From positions 864,001 to 928,000 of the forward strand of contig CBDBBI010000010.1 of assembly GCA_965202625.1 (NCBI GenBank): 64,000 nucleotides of DNA, given 5' to 3'. A program made the position numbers and the translations under genes. Of the stretch, positions 61,576 to 64,000 are shown piece by piece. The notes beneath the pieces are model-generated. The model was given only the letters and a program-made list of their open reading frames with translations, had not been told where the DNA came from and ran no database searches. The DNA comes from a bacterium. Lineage in GTDB: Bacteria; UBA8248. How positions within the stretch are numbered: the stretch's first letter is position 1; each line of letters opens with the position of its first letter.

Positions 61576-63843
61576 TTAGATTGGAACCATTCGTCCGTTT
61601 TTGAATTTGGTTTTGGGGCCATTTTCTACCCTCTCAAGAAGTCTCTTTGCCAGTTCGAAGCCTCTCGTTTTGTCGATGTCCGCGTTGCTGACGTTGTAAG
61701 ACTTAGCCGGCTCAATGCAGTTCTGGCATCCTCGTCGGCATCCGCACTCCTGCGCAATTTCCATTCCTTTTTCTAACGTAATTCGCCACACGTTGAAAAG
61801 CTTTTTGGCGACGCCAATGCCGCCGGAATGATTTTCGTAATAAAAAACTGTCGGATCATCGCTAGTCCTGGACCAGGTACTGGCGTCAAAACGATCAGAT
61901 GGAATGACAAACATCGCCCCTACGCGAAGCATATGCTCAAGTGCGCCAATTCCGGCGAAGACGCCCTCATCCTGCGGAAGTTTGACCAAGAAAGCATGCA
62001 GGCCGTTCTGGGAGTATGACGACTCGGCACCCCCCTTCCCCATCTCTTCCCCGCTGCGTTCGTCTATACGTTTGTAGCCGGTGAAATTCGTTATCATATC
62101 CAGAGAGCCGTAATGGACTTCGACGTCCCCGTAGCCGAAACCATCGAAAATGTCCTTTTCATATAGAGCAGAGTAGAACCCGGCTTCAGTTCTATGAGAA
62201 GACTCGGCACCGGTCACATCGGTCAGCACAACAGCCTTTTCTTCGTGGGAACTCACGCGGTATTTCCGGCCGAAGAAGGTGAAGATGGCGCCAATGTATG
62301 CCTCTCGGAAGCGTCGCATCGCCGAGATTTTCCCTATCTCCTCCTCGCCGCGCTTCAGATGGAAAGATTGCCCGAAACCGCCGCGCAGTTTCAGCCCCGG
62401 GTGGGGTTTGTATCCGCCTTTGGGCGGCTTTCCTCCATTCTTCGCCGCCTTATAAAATGCGCTGCCAAGAATGGCCTCATCAGATGGCCGCACGTCTCCA
62501 CCCGTTTCTTCCACAATCATAGGCAGGTGATTGCGAATCAATGCTTCGTTGTCCGGATCAATGACCAGCTCATCAAAGGGCTTGTTCAGAAAGGCGTCCA
62601 GTTTGCCTACGTAAAAACGGTCAATCGGGTCGTTCATGGCGTAGAACAGCACGAAGGCGTCTTTGTCCCAACTACGCCCGGCGCGTCCGATTTGCTGCCA
62701 GGCAGACGATATCCTGGGCGGAAAACCGGCCAGAATGATTCCATCCAGTCCCCCAATATCCAGCCCCAGCTCCAGGGCGTTGGTCGTAAACACCATGTTG
62801 ATGTCGCCGGCCTTCACCTTCTGCTGGATCTCCTGCCGGTTTTCACTTTTCAGGTCGGCGTGAAACGCGGATATTCGTTTCGGGTTCAAGCCATGCTTCT
62901 TCGCCTTGCGTTGACAATCCCTGAACGCGTCTTCAAGAAACCGCTTCGTGGGACAGAACACCAGCGCCTGCAGTCCTTCCTCAAGAATACATAACGCCGT
63001 GTTCTCAACACGCAGTCGGAGAGAATCCCTATATCTGAAGTCCGGAATGTCTGGTTTGACAAAGACAAAATGCCGCTTCGGGCGGAATACGTCTCTTGCG
63101 GATACCAACTCCACATTGCGTCGCCCGGTGAGATTCCTAGCGTGCTCTTCCGGGTTCGCGCAGGTCGCCGTTGAGAGAAACACGCGAGGAGACGCCCCGA
63201 TTCGATCCAAATGCAGAAAGAATCGTCGCAGCAAAAGCGCCATGTTCCCGCCGAAAAAGCCGTGGTATTCGTGTATCTCGTCAATGACCACATAGCGCAG
63301 TTTACGCAGAAAATTTTACCACTGCTCCTTATAGGCCAAGAACGACATGTTCAGGTATTCAGGATTGGTCAGCAAAATCTGCGGTGGGTTTTTCCGCAAC
63401 AAGTCTCTGTGTTCTTTTTTGATATCGCCGTCGTAAGGAAACGATTCAATCTTCAGCAGCTCGCAGAGTTCTCGTATCTGCTCTCGCTGATCGAATGCGA
63501 GCGCCTTCATCGGGTAAAGCATCAGCGCGTGGGAGCCGGAATTGCGCACCAAAGCGTCGAGCATAGGAGCGATGAACGCCAGTGTCTTACCGCTGGCGGT
63601 GGGTGATTCTATCACCACGTCAGCGCCATTGAGAGACCTGGTGATGGCGTCGGCCTGGTGTCGATAGAGGTGAGATACTCCGGTATCCCGCACGGCTCTG
63701 CGAACTGACGGATCCAGCGCCGGCCACTCGACTGCGCATTTCGGGGCAATGCGGTCGACCGTACGAGTTGATATCATGTCCTTGTCGCGTAACGCATCAA
63801 ATTCTTTCAGATTTGCTGTGAATTCTTGAATATCCATTTCCAT
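61576..63843 (-). pseudogene. SF2 DEAD/DEAH-box helicase with C-terminal DUF1998-like Zn domain (MrfA/Hrq1/SftH-like), split by one in-frame TAA at 63316-63318
   Basis: The two track ORFs share a frame: LYRHQ, PTASGKT, YPMKALAFDQ, TNPEYL...KEQW*NFLRKLRYVVIDEIH, TAT, TNALELGLDIGGLD, QQIGRAGR, GGIG, CGCRRGCQNC. Read through, it is about 755 codons. Confidence 0.85.
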
Positions 63844-63854
63844 TTAAGCCGCTC

Positions 63855-64000
63855 CTAAACCTGAATGGCTCCGCACGAGATGGTATATGCCTGTCCGGTG
63901 ATCCCGCCCGCCTCCTCGCTGGCGAGGTAAGCGGCCATCGACGCAATTTCCTCCGGCGCGAGAAAGCGGCGCATCGGAATGTCCTCGCGCAAACAATTCA
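63855..64000 (-). CDS. SDR family oxidoreductase, C-terminal end only (starts beyond the window)
   Basis: Not in the ORF track. Manual translation ...EDIPMRRFLAPEEIASMAAYLASEEAGGITGQAYTISCGAIQV* matches the SDR C-terminal P..R...PEEIA...L.S.....ITGQ pattern. Confidence 0.8.
   Translation of the reverse strand, partial: NCLREDIPMRRFLAPEEIASMAAYLASEEAGGITGQAYTISCGAIQV

Noticed and set aside
49972-63318. Stop-codon reassignment or programmed read-through explaining in-frame TAA/TAG/TGA
   Set aside because: All three stops terminate normal genes here (e.g. TAA in argB/argG, TAG in mreB, TGA in hslU), and the liv stops co-occur with frameshifts and deletions, so this is decay rather than recoding.

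Overview
A 64-kb stretch of core chromosome from a moderately GC-rich diderm bacterium. The gene order (mreBCD-mrdA-rodA-[radical SAM]-rng, dprA-topA-trmFO-xerC-hslVU-argBDFG, tgt-yajC-secDF, rpsF-ssb-rpsR-rplI-dnaB-alr, ispE-prs-rplY-pth, aroB-aroQ-pepP-efp) resembles Deltaproteobacteria/Nitrospinota-like lineages; this placement is an inference from synteny, not a database result. I found no rRNA, tRNA, CRISPR array, prophage or transposase. The most striking property is patchy gene decay next to intact housekeeping genes. A branched-chain amino-acid ABC transporter (livHMGF) is eroded while its binding protein is intact; cpoB/ybgF and a site-2 protease are pseudogenes; a B12-radical-SAM/DUF2344 fusion has two opposing frameshifts; a DUF1998 helicase has one in-frame TAA; and pilM and an MlaF-like ATPase are orphans. 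The best candidates for new biology are a DnaB whose C-terminus mimics the SSB acidic tip, a TGT with non-canonical base-pocket residues, and the functionally unknown radical-SAM/DUF2344 fusion overlapping RNase G. I could not identify a clearly novel multi-gene system. All family calls come from motif recognition by eye, without searches.
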